Source: Catajapyx aquilonaris
Taxonomy: Eukaryota
Length of the DNA stretch: 40,642 nucleotides
Direction: 5' to 3'
Assembly: GCA_000934665.2 (NCBI GenBank)
Contig: JYFJ02000883.1
Coordinates: 62,001 to 102,642, forward strand
The translations under genes were made by a program, and so were the position numbers. Positions 1 to 13,209 of the stretch are shown piece by piece (positions within the stretch are counted from its first letter, which is position 1; each line of letters starts with the position of its first letter). Below the pieces are notes generated by a model. It saw only the letters and a list, made by a program, of their open reading frames with translations. It searched no databases and was not told the DNA's origin.

Positions 1-1991
1 CACAGGATGACATGGACTGGATACCACAAATATGACAGTACGTCTTCATGTTGTAACAATGCGCATCCAGACCTGATTTAACTTTCCATCGCAATCCGCA
101 GCCATCACGGGCTACCTTCGCTACCTGGAAAGCGCCTACCCTGATCTCTGCTCTGTGATAACCATCGGGAAGTCCTACGAGGGTCGGCCTCTCAACGTAC
201 TCAAGGTTTCCAAAGGAGGTGTCCCCAAGCAAGCCATGTGGATTGACGGAAGTCAGTTGGGTTACAGTCAACTTCACATTTCTGCCCGCCAATCATTCGC
301 TTTTCAAATCTAGACTGCTGTCACTATTTTTGCCAAATTAATAATCAGGCCACAATAACAATGTTGTCAGAGATGTCAGCCCAACCTATTAAAACATCTC
401 GCTATCACTGATAGTCCGGATAATTTGAATTAAGCGACTCCAAATTGAGACTTTACACTCGTTCCTCTTCAAGCCATGCACGCCAGAGAGTGGATCACTG
501 CAGCTACAGTCACCTACATCATCAACCAGTTGCTCTCCCAGAGCCGGTCACACCCTGAGCTTCTGGACCAGATGGACTGGTACTTCCTGCCAGTGGTCAA
601 CCCCGACGGATATGAGTACAGCCACACGTATGGACCGTAATTAATTACTATGTAACTTCCTCTACCATTTCTTAAGAATGAGAAACTTTGCACAGTGCAA
701 CATCCTTCATGGCCACTATTTTCCATACAGTAGTACAATAATAATATTCCCAGGGTCAGCACAATAATTTTAAAGGTTTATTATGCATGCATGTGATGGC
801 TGTTTTTCATAAGACAACTGATGCTTCGTAAACACCATGGTAATGATCATTCAGTGCCTCTGAGGCACTCAGATGGCCATATCAGCAGTATTTTTGTTTA
901 CTGGAAGTGTCGCAGGACCAGACAAATTAAACAAAGACGATGATAACAATAACAATCGTCAACAACACAATTTGTTGGAGCCACTCTAGTTGTGGGTAAT
1001 TACTACAAGCATATATTATCATGTTTCCTCTGAGACACTGAATTTTCCACCTATGAGATTTCCCAACCAAACCCAACAGTAAGAATCATGTAGGGCATTG
1101 TTGTGGTAATCACATTGTTATCACTAGTAACAAGACTGAATCATGGTTAAGAATTGAATCCAGCTGCAGGAGCGTTCAGATTTTCTTTGAATTTCACTGG
1201 CTTGATTGTCCGTCTGTAACTGTACAGTCCCTTTGTAAGACTTGCATTACTGTAAGCAATCCCATGCACTGTAAACCATCAATCACAGTTAAGCTTAATC
1301 GCCTGACACTTTTCTCTCCTCCAGCCGCCGCCGCCTGTGGCGCAAGAACCGATCGAAGCACAAGAGCAGCCCGTTTGGCTTCCTGGATTGCTCCGGAGTG
1401 GACCTGAACCGCAACTGGGACATGCAATGGATGGTGATCGGCGCCTCGCAAGATCCCTGCTCAGACATCTACGCAGGACCCAGGCCATTCTCGGAACCAG
1501 AGACCAAGGCCACCTCCGAGTACATCGCCCAGAACGCCAACCAGATCAAGGTGTACGTCTCCCTGCACTCATACTCCCAATACATATTCGTGCCGTGGGG
1601 ATACACCAAGGAGCGGCCGAGGGACCACCCGGACATCTACGCCCTAGGGCTCAAAGCGCAGCAGGCACTTGAGAGGGTGCATGGTACCAAATATGTGGTT
1701 GGAAGTGCACCTGAGCTACTCTACTCAACAGGAGGTATTAGCATATTAAAAAAAAAGCACTGTGGGATAAAAGCAATGCCTTAAAACAATCCCCCCTTTT
1801 CAGGTGCGGCTGATGACTGGGTGAAGGCCAAGGCTGGCATCAAGTACACATTTACATACGAGCTGCGAGACAAGGGTCGCCACGGGTTCATCCTCCCCGC
1901 TAGCCAGATTGAGGCCACCGGGCAGGAGACCTGGGCTTCCATCAAGGCCATGGCAGACGAACTAGTCGCCAAGAGACTGAAGTTTGATTAG
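1..1991 (+). CDS. Zinc carboxypeptidase, M14A family, carboxypeptidase B-like (5' part outside window)
   Basis: Exons <1-37, 102-251, 474-636 (or -627), 1325-1734, 1804-1991 splice in frame. Motifs: [20 protein letters not shown] (Zn ligands H/E), [32 protein letters not shown] (Zn His), YSTGGAADDW, TYELRD (catalytic Glu). Asp at the position equivalent to CPA residue 255 suggests basic-residue (CPB) specificity. Confidence 0.93.
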
Positions 1992-2007
1992 CCGGACAAC
2001 CTCTCAC

Positions 2008-3454
2008 CTTCAGGGCCTTGACCTGGATGAAGTAGCGCTCATTCTCAATCTGGTATCCCGAGACCATGCGCGTCTGCCTCCGCAGCTCCTCCTCCAAGTC
2101 CTTTATCCGGTGGATGGTCCTGGACAGATTCTCCTGCGTCATTTTCTCATGCGCCACGGACACCTCCCACTTCGCCTCCGACTCTTTCAGCAAACGGATC
2201 TGGAAATGACACCAGCGTCAGAATTTGCTATAATAAAGCTGTAGAAACACCCAACGATTCATTTTAATGTGGCTCACCTTCTCCATCAGCCCGTGAATCT
2301 CCTGGTCTGATTTCCGCTTATGCTCGATGACGCTCTGCAGCATGGAGTCCTCCCGGGCCTCGAGTATGTTCGCCAAGCGATTACACTTTTCTCGCTCCTG
2401 GAGGAACAGATTCTGCCACGAGATGAAATCCTTTCCACATATTTTCGTCGTATCTGTTGGCGAATAATTCAGCTGGCGAGGTGTAAAAGGCAATGATGGC
2501 GATGGTGATGGGTCACGAGATGGGTTGGAAGACGGGGTTGCAGACCTGCTCATCTTTGCAGCTTTTGTGCGGGCTTCAGCAGCCGCTTTTGCACGTGCTT
2601 CAGCCACCGCTTTCGAGCGGGCCTCAGCTTCCTTCAGGTTCAGTTTCGCTTTGTGGCTAAACTCGTCTTTGATTTTAGGCCGCACTTCCTCCGGATTTGA
2701 CTGTGAGTCGTCCCTAAGCAGGTTTTGTTTCCAGGATGTAGGAGTGTATGTCACCTTCGCTCTTGGTCGTGGACTCCGATCGCTTGCAGTATCGCTACCC
2801 TCTGGTTTGCTCTTCGGATCGCCCTGATCATCATCGCTATCGCCGGGCCCAGGCGATGGCACCGACTCGCCATCATACTCCTTCCCAATAAGCGCTATAT
2901 GCTGATCCTCGATACTGTCGTCCCCCGGGGACATCTCCATCTCCCTCTCAATCTGCTCGATCTCCCGCAGCACCTCGCCCGGACTCCGCCCTGAAGACGT
3001 CGCACTCTCCTTGACCGTCAGCTCATCCATAAACTGTATGACATCCCCTGAGGAAAGTTCAGCCCCCGTTCCACCGAGGAGAGGGGCCAGGTTGTAAGGG
3101 TCGGCAGCATCCGCAGCGGACAGGAAGCGACGGATCGCATAGTTGGCCTGGCTCGTCGGAGATTCCGCTGCAAAACGAGAGCAAAGAGTTTGAAGTGTGT
3201 TCCATCAGGGGTGCCAACACATGCCGTAACTGTTGGCATCCCTGTGTTCCATTGGGATGTTGGCATCCCTGCTGAAGTAACATGGCATGCAACTATACCC
3301 CCCCTCCCCAAAACCGAAAAATCTCCTGACCTCGTTCTTCTTCCTCAGGCCCTTCCAGCTCCAGGAGGTCCACCTCCTCCGGGCTGGGCATCATCATGTC
3401 TCCTTCGTCCCTGGAACTCTGGTTGGAGTCTCCGGCCTCGCTCCTCCTGTCCAT
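2008..3454 (-). CDS. Coiled-coil protein, probably CEP162-like centrosomal protein; N-terminal exons only, gene continues leftward
   Basis: Minus-strand exons ~3454-3331, 3167-2278, 2199-2008 are phase compatible (donors GTCAGG, GTGAGC, GTGAGA; acceptors TTTTGCAG, TTTCCAG). The last exon reads ...LEEELRRQTRMVSGYQIENERYFIQVKALK, resembling the CEP162 segment 'GYQQENERLYNQVK' as I recall it. The start codon is uncertain and a further upstream exon (~3510-3650) is possible. Confidence 0.65.
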
Positions 3455-4020
3455 TGTTGTTGTTGCTGTTGGTTGAAGGGGGGTTGGTTGCCTATAGGGG
3501 TGTTTACCCAGAGTGGAACGGACCCTGCTGCTTCCTCGCCTGGGCCTCCTTCTCCTCGGTCTGACTCATCCCGTGCTTCGACCCGAGTCCTTCCCGCCAA
3601 CTGTCCCAAACAAACGTCAGCCGCATCCATGACAACCACACGTTCCATTTTCGGGGACTCTTCTGTGTGTTGGCTACACTGGGAGCCTTCAGATGGCAAC
3701 CCTGCCCTTTTTTTTTTCTTCTTTCGTTCCAACCCTCCCACCCNCTGGGGGGAAAAAGCCTTTCCTTGTTCGTCTCGATCGCGTCTCTGACCGCGTCTAG
3801 TCCACCCTCTCTCTCTGAACCAAGTGTCGTCCAGCCATGCTGTACCTGGAGGATTACCTGGAGAGTGAGTTTTACTGGGTCCAGTACACAAGAGAAAAGG
3901 ATTTTTGAGAGGGCGGGGAGGGGGGGGGGGGGAACAGTTCAATAAAGAAGAGGGGGGGCGGGGGAGGGGGGGGGGACGCTCTTTGTGACGATACTATCGA
4001 TTCGACGTTATCGATATCGG
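3455..4020. promoter_or_regulatory. Bidirectional promoter region shared by the CEP162-like gene and ING3, with DRE motif
   Basis: Divergent ATGs lie <400 bp apart. TATCGATA (DRE) at 4009-4016, TATCGATT at 3995-4002, G-runs at 3910-3975. Confidence 0.5.
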
Positions 4021-7000
4021 TGGCCTGGTTGCCGCCAGATTTGAATCTGGAATGGGAAAAAAATGCAATGTGGAAAGAGTTTTTTTTTGGTGGTTTCAAA
4101 AAGAAGAATAATTGTTGCGGAACTAATAATAAACAATAAAATAATCCAACAAGTAACTAATGTGTTAAAAAATTATCTCCATGACTAAATATATTATGAG
4201 TTGCTTTGGGTTATTTATTAGCTAATTCCTTATTTCATATTTTTGTCAAGTCCACAACAATCATGGTAATGCCGAAGATAAATAAATTGCTAATAAGTAA
4301 CAACTAATTAAAAATAAAGAAGTTCATAATTGCTAATAATAAATAAACTAATAATTACTAGTAATAAATAAACTAATAATTACTAGTAATAAATAAACAT
4401 AATTACTAGTAATAAATAAACATAATTACTAGTAATAAATAACAATAAGTCACTGTAATAGTTAAGTTAAGCTAATACTTACTGTAATAGTTAAGTTAAG
4501 CTAATACTTACTGTAATAGTTAAGTTAAGCTAATACTTACTGTAATAGTTAAGTTAAGCTAACAGTTACTAGCAATAAATAAGCTAATAAACTAGTAATA
4601 AATAAATAACTAAGCTAATAAACTAGTAATAAATAAATAACTAAGCTAATAAACTAGTAATAAATAAATAACTAAGCTAATAAACTAGTAATAAATAAAT
4701 AACTAAGCTAATAAACTAGTAATAAATAAATAACTAAGCTAATAAACTAGTAATAAATAAATTAATAAGGTAATAGACTAGTAATAAATAAGCTAATAAA
4801 CTAGTAATAAATAAGCTAATAAACGAGTAATAGATAAAGTAATAAGCTAATAAACTAGTAATAAATAAGCTAATAAACTAGTAATGAATAAATTAATAAG
4901 CTAATAAACTAGTAATAAATAAGCTAATAAACTAGTAATGAATAAATTAATAAGCTAATAAACTAGTAATAAATAAATAAGCTAATAATTACTAGTAATA
5001 AATAAATAAGCTAATAATTACTAGTAATAAATAGCTAATAATTGCTAATAGTTAATAAATAACATTACTAATAGGTAAATAAAAATGAATGTTGTGCGAT
5101 ATTAATTACACAGAGTAATATTGGAAGCTGTTGCTGGTTTTTGCACTGACATGCTTATTATTAAGCAGTTACTTTTAGTGGTTATCAAAACTGTTTGCTG
5201 TGGATATTAGGTTGAATTAAATGTTAGCTGTGAACTCCAATTAATTTATTGCAAGGAATGGCAGCAATATTGTAATCAAACACAAATTTTGTTAGGGTCA
5301 AACACCCCCGTGCAGACTGTGTTAAAAAGGATGGTTCAATGCAATGTAATTTATGCAGCTGATATTTTTTGATTTTCACTGACCATGTGAAATTAGCTGC
5401 TTAATAATAAACAGTTGTAGTTAAATAATTATTGCAAATGCAATCGGACCAGTATGTTGGATTGTGTGTATGTGCTGGCAGAATTAATACGCAGGGCGTG
5501 TATTCTAATTTGTTGTTTTCACGGGGAATGTTCATTTTGCACTTTTGAAGGAAAGTTTAGACGTAGCTGAAACATGTACAATTGTAGTACGTGTCGTGCT
5601 GATATTTTTTTTTACAATTATTTTTTCAGTGATTGAGCATCTGCCTCAGGAATTGCGAGATCGGTTCACTGAGATGCGGGAGATGGACCTGCAAGTACAG
5701 AGTAAGTACATCATTGCCCATTACATGCGGTACTGATGTTTGGTTCATGTCTAATTCGTAAGCTACATGTGCTTTAGCGTTTATTGCTCATTTTTATATT
5801 TCCAGATGCTTCTGACAGTGTTGAAGAAAGGGTTAAATCTTTCTTTGCTGCTGCAAAACGCATGAAGCCTAGTGAACGAGAGGCTGAGTTTGAGGCCATT
5901 CGAAAGGACTACTACAAGGCTTTGGAGGATGCTGATGAGAAGATTCATCTGGCCAACCAGATGTACGACTTGGTAGATAGGTATTTGCGAAGGCTTGATC
6001 AAGAGCTCTACAAGTTCAAGGTTGAGCTCGAAGCGGACAACAAGGGCATCACTGAGGTCTTGGAGAAGCGTAAGGACTACTCAGAAAAAGAATTCCAGAC
6101 TTTTGTATTAAGACTAGCTAGATATGTGTTATGTTTCTTTCAATGTGTACAAATCGATTTCGTTTTGTCGGCAGGTTCCTTAGAGCTGGACCAACCACCT
6201 CCTAGTTCCAGCAGCCAGAAAGAGAACAGATACAGCTTCTCCATGCCTCGAGGCAAGTTCTTTTTAAAAAATTACAGGAACGTACTTTATAATAACCTCA
6301 GATAATTTTGATTTCACAGAAAAGAAGCATTCGGTGAGTTCAAGCCTGTCTGAGAAGAAGAATGTGCTGGAGAAGAGCGTACACCAAGAGCATCGCCAGC
6401 CTTCTGCTGCCTCCTCAGCCGCCCTCATTTCCCCCTCTTCTGCCTCCATTCCTGCAGCCGTATCTCCATCACCCTCACCTTTGACGTCCTCTGCTTCATC
6501 TGCTGCATCAGCCGCCAACCCCAACCTTGCGTACAGCCTGGGCCATATGGGAGTGGGAGGAACTGCCATTGCGGCTGCCGCGTCGCAAGCAATCGCAGCG
6601 ACACAACAGGTGCGGACTATCGCATACATCATCAGATCTTTTGACCTTAACATTGCGCATACAAAATTCCTCACTCTAGATTCACTGTGGTCGGTCTCCT
6701 GGGTAAATTCAGTGTAATGTAGTATTGTTCATGCATGCGCTGTCGTACCGTCTCCCCATACATTTTGCCATGCATCCTGCTGTACGTGCGTCCCTGTGTG
6801 CCAGATGCAGCAGGGCCGGAGAACTGCAAGCCTCAAGGCTTCATATGAGGCAATCAACCTGGGCCTGCACGAGTTCAGTGTTGGGCGAGAGCTGGCTGGT
6901 GCGGCACAATCTGCGTTGGCCGCGTCCACTCAGGAGACTAGCCGCAAGCACAAGAAGAAGTCTACAAGCAGTGCGGCTGGTCCCATGGCCGTTGCACCCG

Positions 7001-7378
7001 CTGTTGCGACTCATGCTGAGGAAGAGATGGCGACACTGGCTGGAGGTGGTACCGGTATGGAAGAAGATGAGGCTATGCCTGATGTGTCCATTGACCCTAC
7101 GGTAGACAACCCAGACTGGACCTACGACCCAAACGAACCCAGATATTGCATATGCAACCAAGTCTCTTACGGTGACATGGTTGCTTGTGACAATGAAGAC
7201 GTAAGTGGCCGTATTGTATCAGGATTGCAATATTTAATAATAACAAATGTTTTAAATATTCCAGTGCCCATTTGAGTGGTTCCATTACCCTTGTGTTGGA
7301 ATCACAGCCCCGCCAAAAGGAAAATGGTATTGTCCGCAGTGCTCATCCTCAATGAAGCGAAGAGGCAGCCGAAAATGA
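3837..7378 (+). CDS. ING3: Inhibitor of growth protein 3 (ING family, C-terminal PHD finger; NuA4/Tip60 subunit)
   Basis: Exons 3837-3864 (MLYLEDYLE), 5630-5701 ([23 protein letters not shown]), 5806-6069 ([30 protein letters not shown]), 6175-6252, 6320-6609, 6805-7200 ([44 protein letters not shown]), 7265-7378 ([26 protein letters not shown]). Confidence 0.96.
4335..5060. repeat. AT-rich compound minisatellite in ING3 intron 1
   Basis: About 4 copies of 29-bp ACTGTAATAGTTAAGTTAAGCTAATACTT (4452-4562), about 5 copies of 31-bp AAGCTAATAAACTAGTAATAAATAAATAACT (4581-4760), flanked by degenerate ACTAGTAATAAAT-based units. Confidence 0.92.
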
Positions 7379-10300
7379 AGTAAACTTTTTTTGCTCACAG
7401 TGTTCATTACCTCCGTTCTTCATGTTTTTGTGTATTAACGTGAAAAAAAAATACACTCAGGAAATACATGTAGATTACTGTCTGATTTAAAACAGTATCT
7501 TAATAAATCCAGAGATAAGGTGCATGGTTGTGAATTGCGTCTCCAGCTGTACTATGAAGCTTACCAAGTAAGCTGGCCGACTGGAAGATAAAAACTACAG
7601 TTTTTTATTGAGTTATGCCCTAAAATTATTTTCAGAAATCAACTGTATCAACTACTGTTTCTAACAGTTCTATATTATGCCAACAGATGGCGCTGCCGAT
7701 TTCGCGAGCAGAAATTCAATAAACACTAATTAAATAGACCTATGTGCAGATCCATTCACTGCATTTTCATAGCCAATGTTTGCCGCTATGGTTACTGACC
7801 ACAGCGCAATTGTCAAAACCATCTTGAAACTATCATGAAAGTTGTACCGACCAGCTCAATCCAGATGTCTTTACCTTGAGCTCGGGAAGCTCATCATAGA
7901 CAACGGGATCATTTGGTCTGATTCAACATGCTCTGGTTTTCGCATATCTCTTTACAGATTTCTCTAGAAAGGGGTGGTTACGCACCACCCTGCGCAAATA
8001 ATCAAAAGACAATACATAATGAGACCTCTTGTGTCATAGCAATTAGCAATAATTGCTGTTGGCATATTGTGTGTCAATTGTCAGTAACTAATTAGTAATC
8101 ACTGGTTATTATTGGCTGAACAATAAATAACAAATAGTATTTGGTAATGTCATTTCATGGGAGGACATTTGATAACCAATTAACAAATACAGCCTATAAT
8201 ATTTACTGTTGATTATAGTACATTGGTATGTCAGAAAGGGTCTTCGTTTTGTATACCTGCTACATGTTGCAATTATTGTGATGCAAACTCTAGGGTACAT
8301 TGGTAAGCACAGTACATCTTGCCTTGCTGATTTTGAGCCAATCTGAACATTACTAATAAGTCATGCATGTAATAACTTCACTGGCAATGTTTATAGTTCA
8401 TATCACTCAATTTATCGTCCTTGTTTACCGAGTCCAGAGAAAGGTATTCGTGACACTCAACGTTATAAGTGTTCAAGAAATGCAGGAAAATATGGCAAAT
8501 TTTTTCTCTTTATTATCAAATCAAATATCTTCGTTTTGCATTAAAGTGTTCATGGTAACAGTCACTTAATTTTATCCAAAAATGTTATTATTTATGTGAA
8601 TGAATCTTATCTAGAAGCTAGGTTAGGGTGGAATTTTTGTTGCATTTTAATATTACGGTATGTAATAAACTAATAATACGTTATTTGGATACTCACTTGC
8701 TCGCAATATTTCAGTAGTTATTTCGTACATTGAAATAAATTAAGTAGACTAAGTGCTCAAGAATTACTCTGCAATAATAATATTGTGTGTGGAACTTGAA
8801 CATGGAAAATAATATTATGTTGAACACATTTGCCTTTCCAAATGAGTCTAATACTTATTACAGGTCTTGTAGTTATTATTTAAAAACTGCCGAAATGTCC
8901 ATTCACATTATCTCCACAAATGGGAAAAAATAAGATCCCATAAAGACATTATTGTGCCCTTGCGTATAAATGTAGTTAAAAAAATAAAGTGGATTTTGGT
9001 TTGGAAGTTATTCCTGCATATCAAAAAGCTGACATCGCATGCTATTGCGATTTGGTAAAGGGCATGAAATGCATACACGGGCTCAAGTCTGGAAGGCAAT
9101 TATTTCTTACCTAACTTACTTCATAACCTAGTACGACCTAGTACAGTAATTATTCTCCTTCTGGCAATGATTCCCGAGCATCTGAAGGTCACAATCTGCC
9201 CTTCATTCCCCCAGAGAGGGAAAGTTACACTCTTTCACAATACTAAGTATACAGTATTAGTGCATTATTATATATATTTTGCAATTGAAATTAGCCTTTC
9301 GTCAATGTTCTATTCTCCACAGTTCGCTGCAGTAAGCCGACTCTTCGTTTTCCAACCAGAAATACTGTGTAGTTCCCTTTCCTCACCAATATCTTCAAAG
9401 CCATGGTCAGATAGCAATTTCAGCAATTACGAGACACAGTATGGACGTATGGTGCAGGGCAGTGATTTCCCTTATGAACAGCATATTCAGAGTAAAAGAA
9501 AAAAAATGACGAATAAGCAGAATAATTATTATTCAATAAACGATGTAATGATTGCTCCCAGCATAATTTTCATTTTGTGTTTGCCCACTTTTTTGTATAC
9601 GGTAGGAGATAATATTTGGTGGAATTACCTAAACTGACCTAACATTTACTTATTGGCCTACTTTAGCTGTTTATACTAGGGGCAAGATAACTCTGTGGAA
9701 TATACATACGAAGAGAATGCAGCGCTTTGGATGTGTTTTGGTGGAATAAATTTTCGCCGTATGTACTGTAACTTATACCATATACTATTGTGTGTTATGT
9801 ACGTGAGCAATGAGAATGCACATGTTACACAACCGTGAGAGCATAATTATCATGCATATGTAATTGACGGCAGTTTAAAGAAGTTATAATATTCTTGTAA
9901 TATTATAATTATGGGAGACAGTACTTATTGCGTACGTCATAGATTACTGCGTGTACGTTAGCCTTTTTGGATGAATTCTCATCATTTGCTTTAGTCATCC
10001 AACTTTAATACACCACGTTTAGTGATGACATTATATTATTCACTGGTGTAACTGCACATCCGCTTGTATAACGATACCATTAAAGAGATAAATAGATGAT
10101 ATTAAGGCAACATGGGTTTCCCACAATTTGCTTAACTCACTTCTAACATCCTAACAACCTCTTTAGCCCTTCTGTTGTTACCCACGATTCTGGTTCATAT
10201 CACTGCAAATTGAGAAGCAAGTTGCATTCAAGATCTCGTAGAGTTACGACTCGTCTGGCGTACACTGGTACTGTACGTAGGCTAGGCTACTTTACACACT

Positions 10301-10546
10301 ATACTCTCTCCCCCAATCCCTAACTGACAACCTAGCTACCCATAACTTATATTATATTATTTTGCCAGTGAGTTTAACCAAGTTTAACCCAGTCGGTCAA
10401 CCGGCTAATGAAAAATTAAATTTCCACACGAATTTTTCATAGATAAAAGAGACTGGATTGTGCATTATCCCAGTTCCCTCGTACAGATTCGTCTATTTTA
10501 ATGTGACTATTGTTGTTCTCAGTGTTACACGAGAGCTACCACCAGA

Positions 10547-12579
10547 ATGACTCAGAAGCAAAGCAATGGAACATCTCAACCGGAAAGAAAGTAAGGACAA
10601 CTTTAGTGCAGTGACGTAGCCTACAGTGCACTAGAGACTAGACAATTGAACAATAAAAAAGTGTAGCCAATGCATAGTACTATTCATAAGACTACATTTT
10701 TCTTGCTTTTATAGACTTCTGCAAAATAATGCACTCTCATTGTGTTGAAATGTGCACTGTGTGGGTGTGTGTGTGTAAAGTAGTAGACAATCATACAATA
10801 ATATAATTAACATCATTTTAAGGATATCCAGGGACCATTATAGCACTTGGCAAAATGGTTTCTTCACAATGGCAATAAAAAAAATGTTTTTCTTACATTA
10901 TGTTCAGGCATGTGAACTGCAATGGATCCGAACATAAGCCTAACATCACCTTCACTGGAGTACTGGAGGAAACAGACACTGACGTGACTTCGGAGGTGTT
11001 GGAGTATGTGGAAAAACAAGAGGCAGAAAAAGATTATGCAATTGAAATCGTGTGGGGAAATGTTTACAAATTCATAATATTTCATGCTTTTGTTATTTTC
11101 GGACTGTATTACACCATGAATGGAAGAGTGTCAGGAAACCATTTCCTTGCATGTAAGTATATGAAAGAATATTTACATCGATCGGTACGATGCATGTAAG
11201 AGCATAATATATAATTGTTAAGGTCTGGTATTGATAACAGTGTAGGAGCGAAGTATAGATACAAGTTATGACAATATAAGTTATGGTAATATACTGTAGG
11301 ATGGGGAGAATGAATGGGTGTTGTATCTTGTATGTACAGCATGTATTGTATGTATTCTTTCTGCAGTGGTACTATACACCATCTTACTCAACTTTGGTAT
11401 AGCTGGAGGAGCTCACAGACTATGGGCCCACAAAGCCTACAAAGCCAAACCTGCTCTTAAGCTGGTCTTGCTCTATCTCCAGACCGCTGCCGGACAGGTA
11501 ATGCTCCAATGCAGGTGTACATGTCAACACACATCTCACTTTTGTCTGAATCATCTTTCAGAACTCCCTGTACGATTGGGTTCGGGATCACCGTATGCAC
11601 CACAAGTTCACCGAGACCAATGCAGACCCACACAGCATGAAGAGAGGCTTCTTCTTTGCTCACATGGGTTGGCTCATGTGCAAGAAGCATCCGGACCTCA
11701 AGGCAAAGGGACCGATGATTGACATGAGCGACCTGGAGAAAGATCCTATCATCATGTGGCAACATAGGTTTGTGCCAATTTCTATACATCATCGATAGAG
11801 AACAGGATTTGTATTATAGTCATTACTGTTTGACAAGTCCACATTTTTAATTCGCAGGAACTATGTGAAGCTCTTCCTCCTCACCGCTCTTGTGATTCCG
11901 GCCGCAGTATTCAGAGTGCTCACACATGAAACGTGGCTTTACATTCTCACAGGACTCATTAGCCGATATGCAGCGGGACTTCATCTGACCTGGCTCATCA
12001 ACAGCTATGCCCATGCTTTTGGAAACAGGCCATACGACAAGTAAGTTTGACCCGGTTTGACCAAATAACAATTCGATTAAACAAATTACAGGTCACCCAT
12101 TTTGACCACAGGAAGGTATAAAAGCGCCTTCAGCCAATGTTTCCTTTCTTTTCAGGCACATCCAAGCAACAAATTCCAAGTTTATGGGATATCTTGGATT
12201 GGGAGAAGGATTCCACAACTACCATCACGTGTTTCCGTGGGATTACAGAGCGGCTGAACTTCATTTTTATAAAGGGTTCAATCTGACTGGTCTGATGATT
12301 GATGGTCTTGCTAAACTGGGTCTGGCCTACGACCTGAAGACTGTGGATCAGAACATGATAAAGAACAGGGTTCTGAGAACTGGAGATGGAACTCACCACG
12401 TTTGGGGCTGGGGAGACAAGGACATTCCCAAAGAACATGTTGACGCCACCATCACACTGAACGAAAAACTGGACCCACAAAAAAAGACCGATGCACTAAT
12501 AAGCCCTTCATACCCTAAGAGTGGGAACATAACATTGCGATATTACCAGCAAACGCTGCGAATGATTGATCGAGATTAG
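10547..12579 (+). CDS. Acyl-CoA desaturase (Delta9/First Desaturase family), copy A
   Basis: Exons 10547-10590, 10908-11152, 11367-11497, 11562-11767, 11858-12040, 12156-12579. His boxes HRLWAH, HRMHH, HNYHH; also TWLINSYAH, GEGF, PWDY, RTGDG. Confidence 0.92.
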
Positions 12580-13209
12580 AAGGGCAATATTTTCGAAAAA
12601 TATCACTTATCCCCCGTTACTGTAGTAGGTTCCAGTCATATATTCTCATCGAAGCGTGCTCCTGAGATGTTGGGTATTACAGCAATTATACGACAAAAGA
12701 GCACCTACTATTTTCTTACTACTTGTAATGAAGCTCAGATTCAGGCAGTCTTACAACAATTACATGTACGAGTACGGGTATGATGGTATGTAATAAATAT
12801 ATACAACATGTGGGCTCCTTTACGCTCCTTTTTCGTAGTGGTAAATATGAACATCTACCTCAAATTCAGCGTCTGCAAATGTTGGTGTTGAAAAATTCCT
12901 GATATACTCTACGACTGATGAGATGCAGACTTCTTTAATATTTACCATATATACATATAAGAGCAAGCATCCATGAATAACAGTCATATTATAATAATGT
13001 ATCCATACAACAGTACAGTCCTTGCTATACATTTCCTGAAGAGAAACAGCATGCCGTACAATACGTTCCGTATATATATGATGGGTTATTTTCAACATAA
13101 TGAGCATGCTGTCCTTCAATGCAAATAAAATAATATTTGCCTTGAAAACCATCATTGAGGGAACTTGTCCATTCTTGAGATTTATTATTGAGATTGACCT
13201 GCCCTTATA

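Noticed and set aside
2239..2277. 39-bp intron ending the minus-strand gene at LYYSKF*
   Set aside because: Shorter than other introns here; the acceptor at 2200 gives an in-frame conserved-looking exon.
3394..3945. Overlapping 92-182 aa ORFs in the promoter region
   Set aside because: GC-rich low-complexity sequence containing an N; only ING3 exon 1 and the minus-strand exon are supported.
4452..4760. CRISPR-like array
   Set aside because: Head-to-tail repeats without unique spacers, in a eukaryotic intron.
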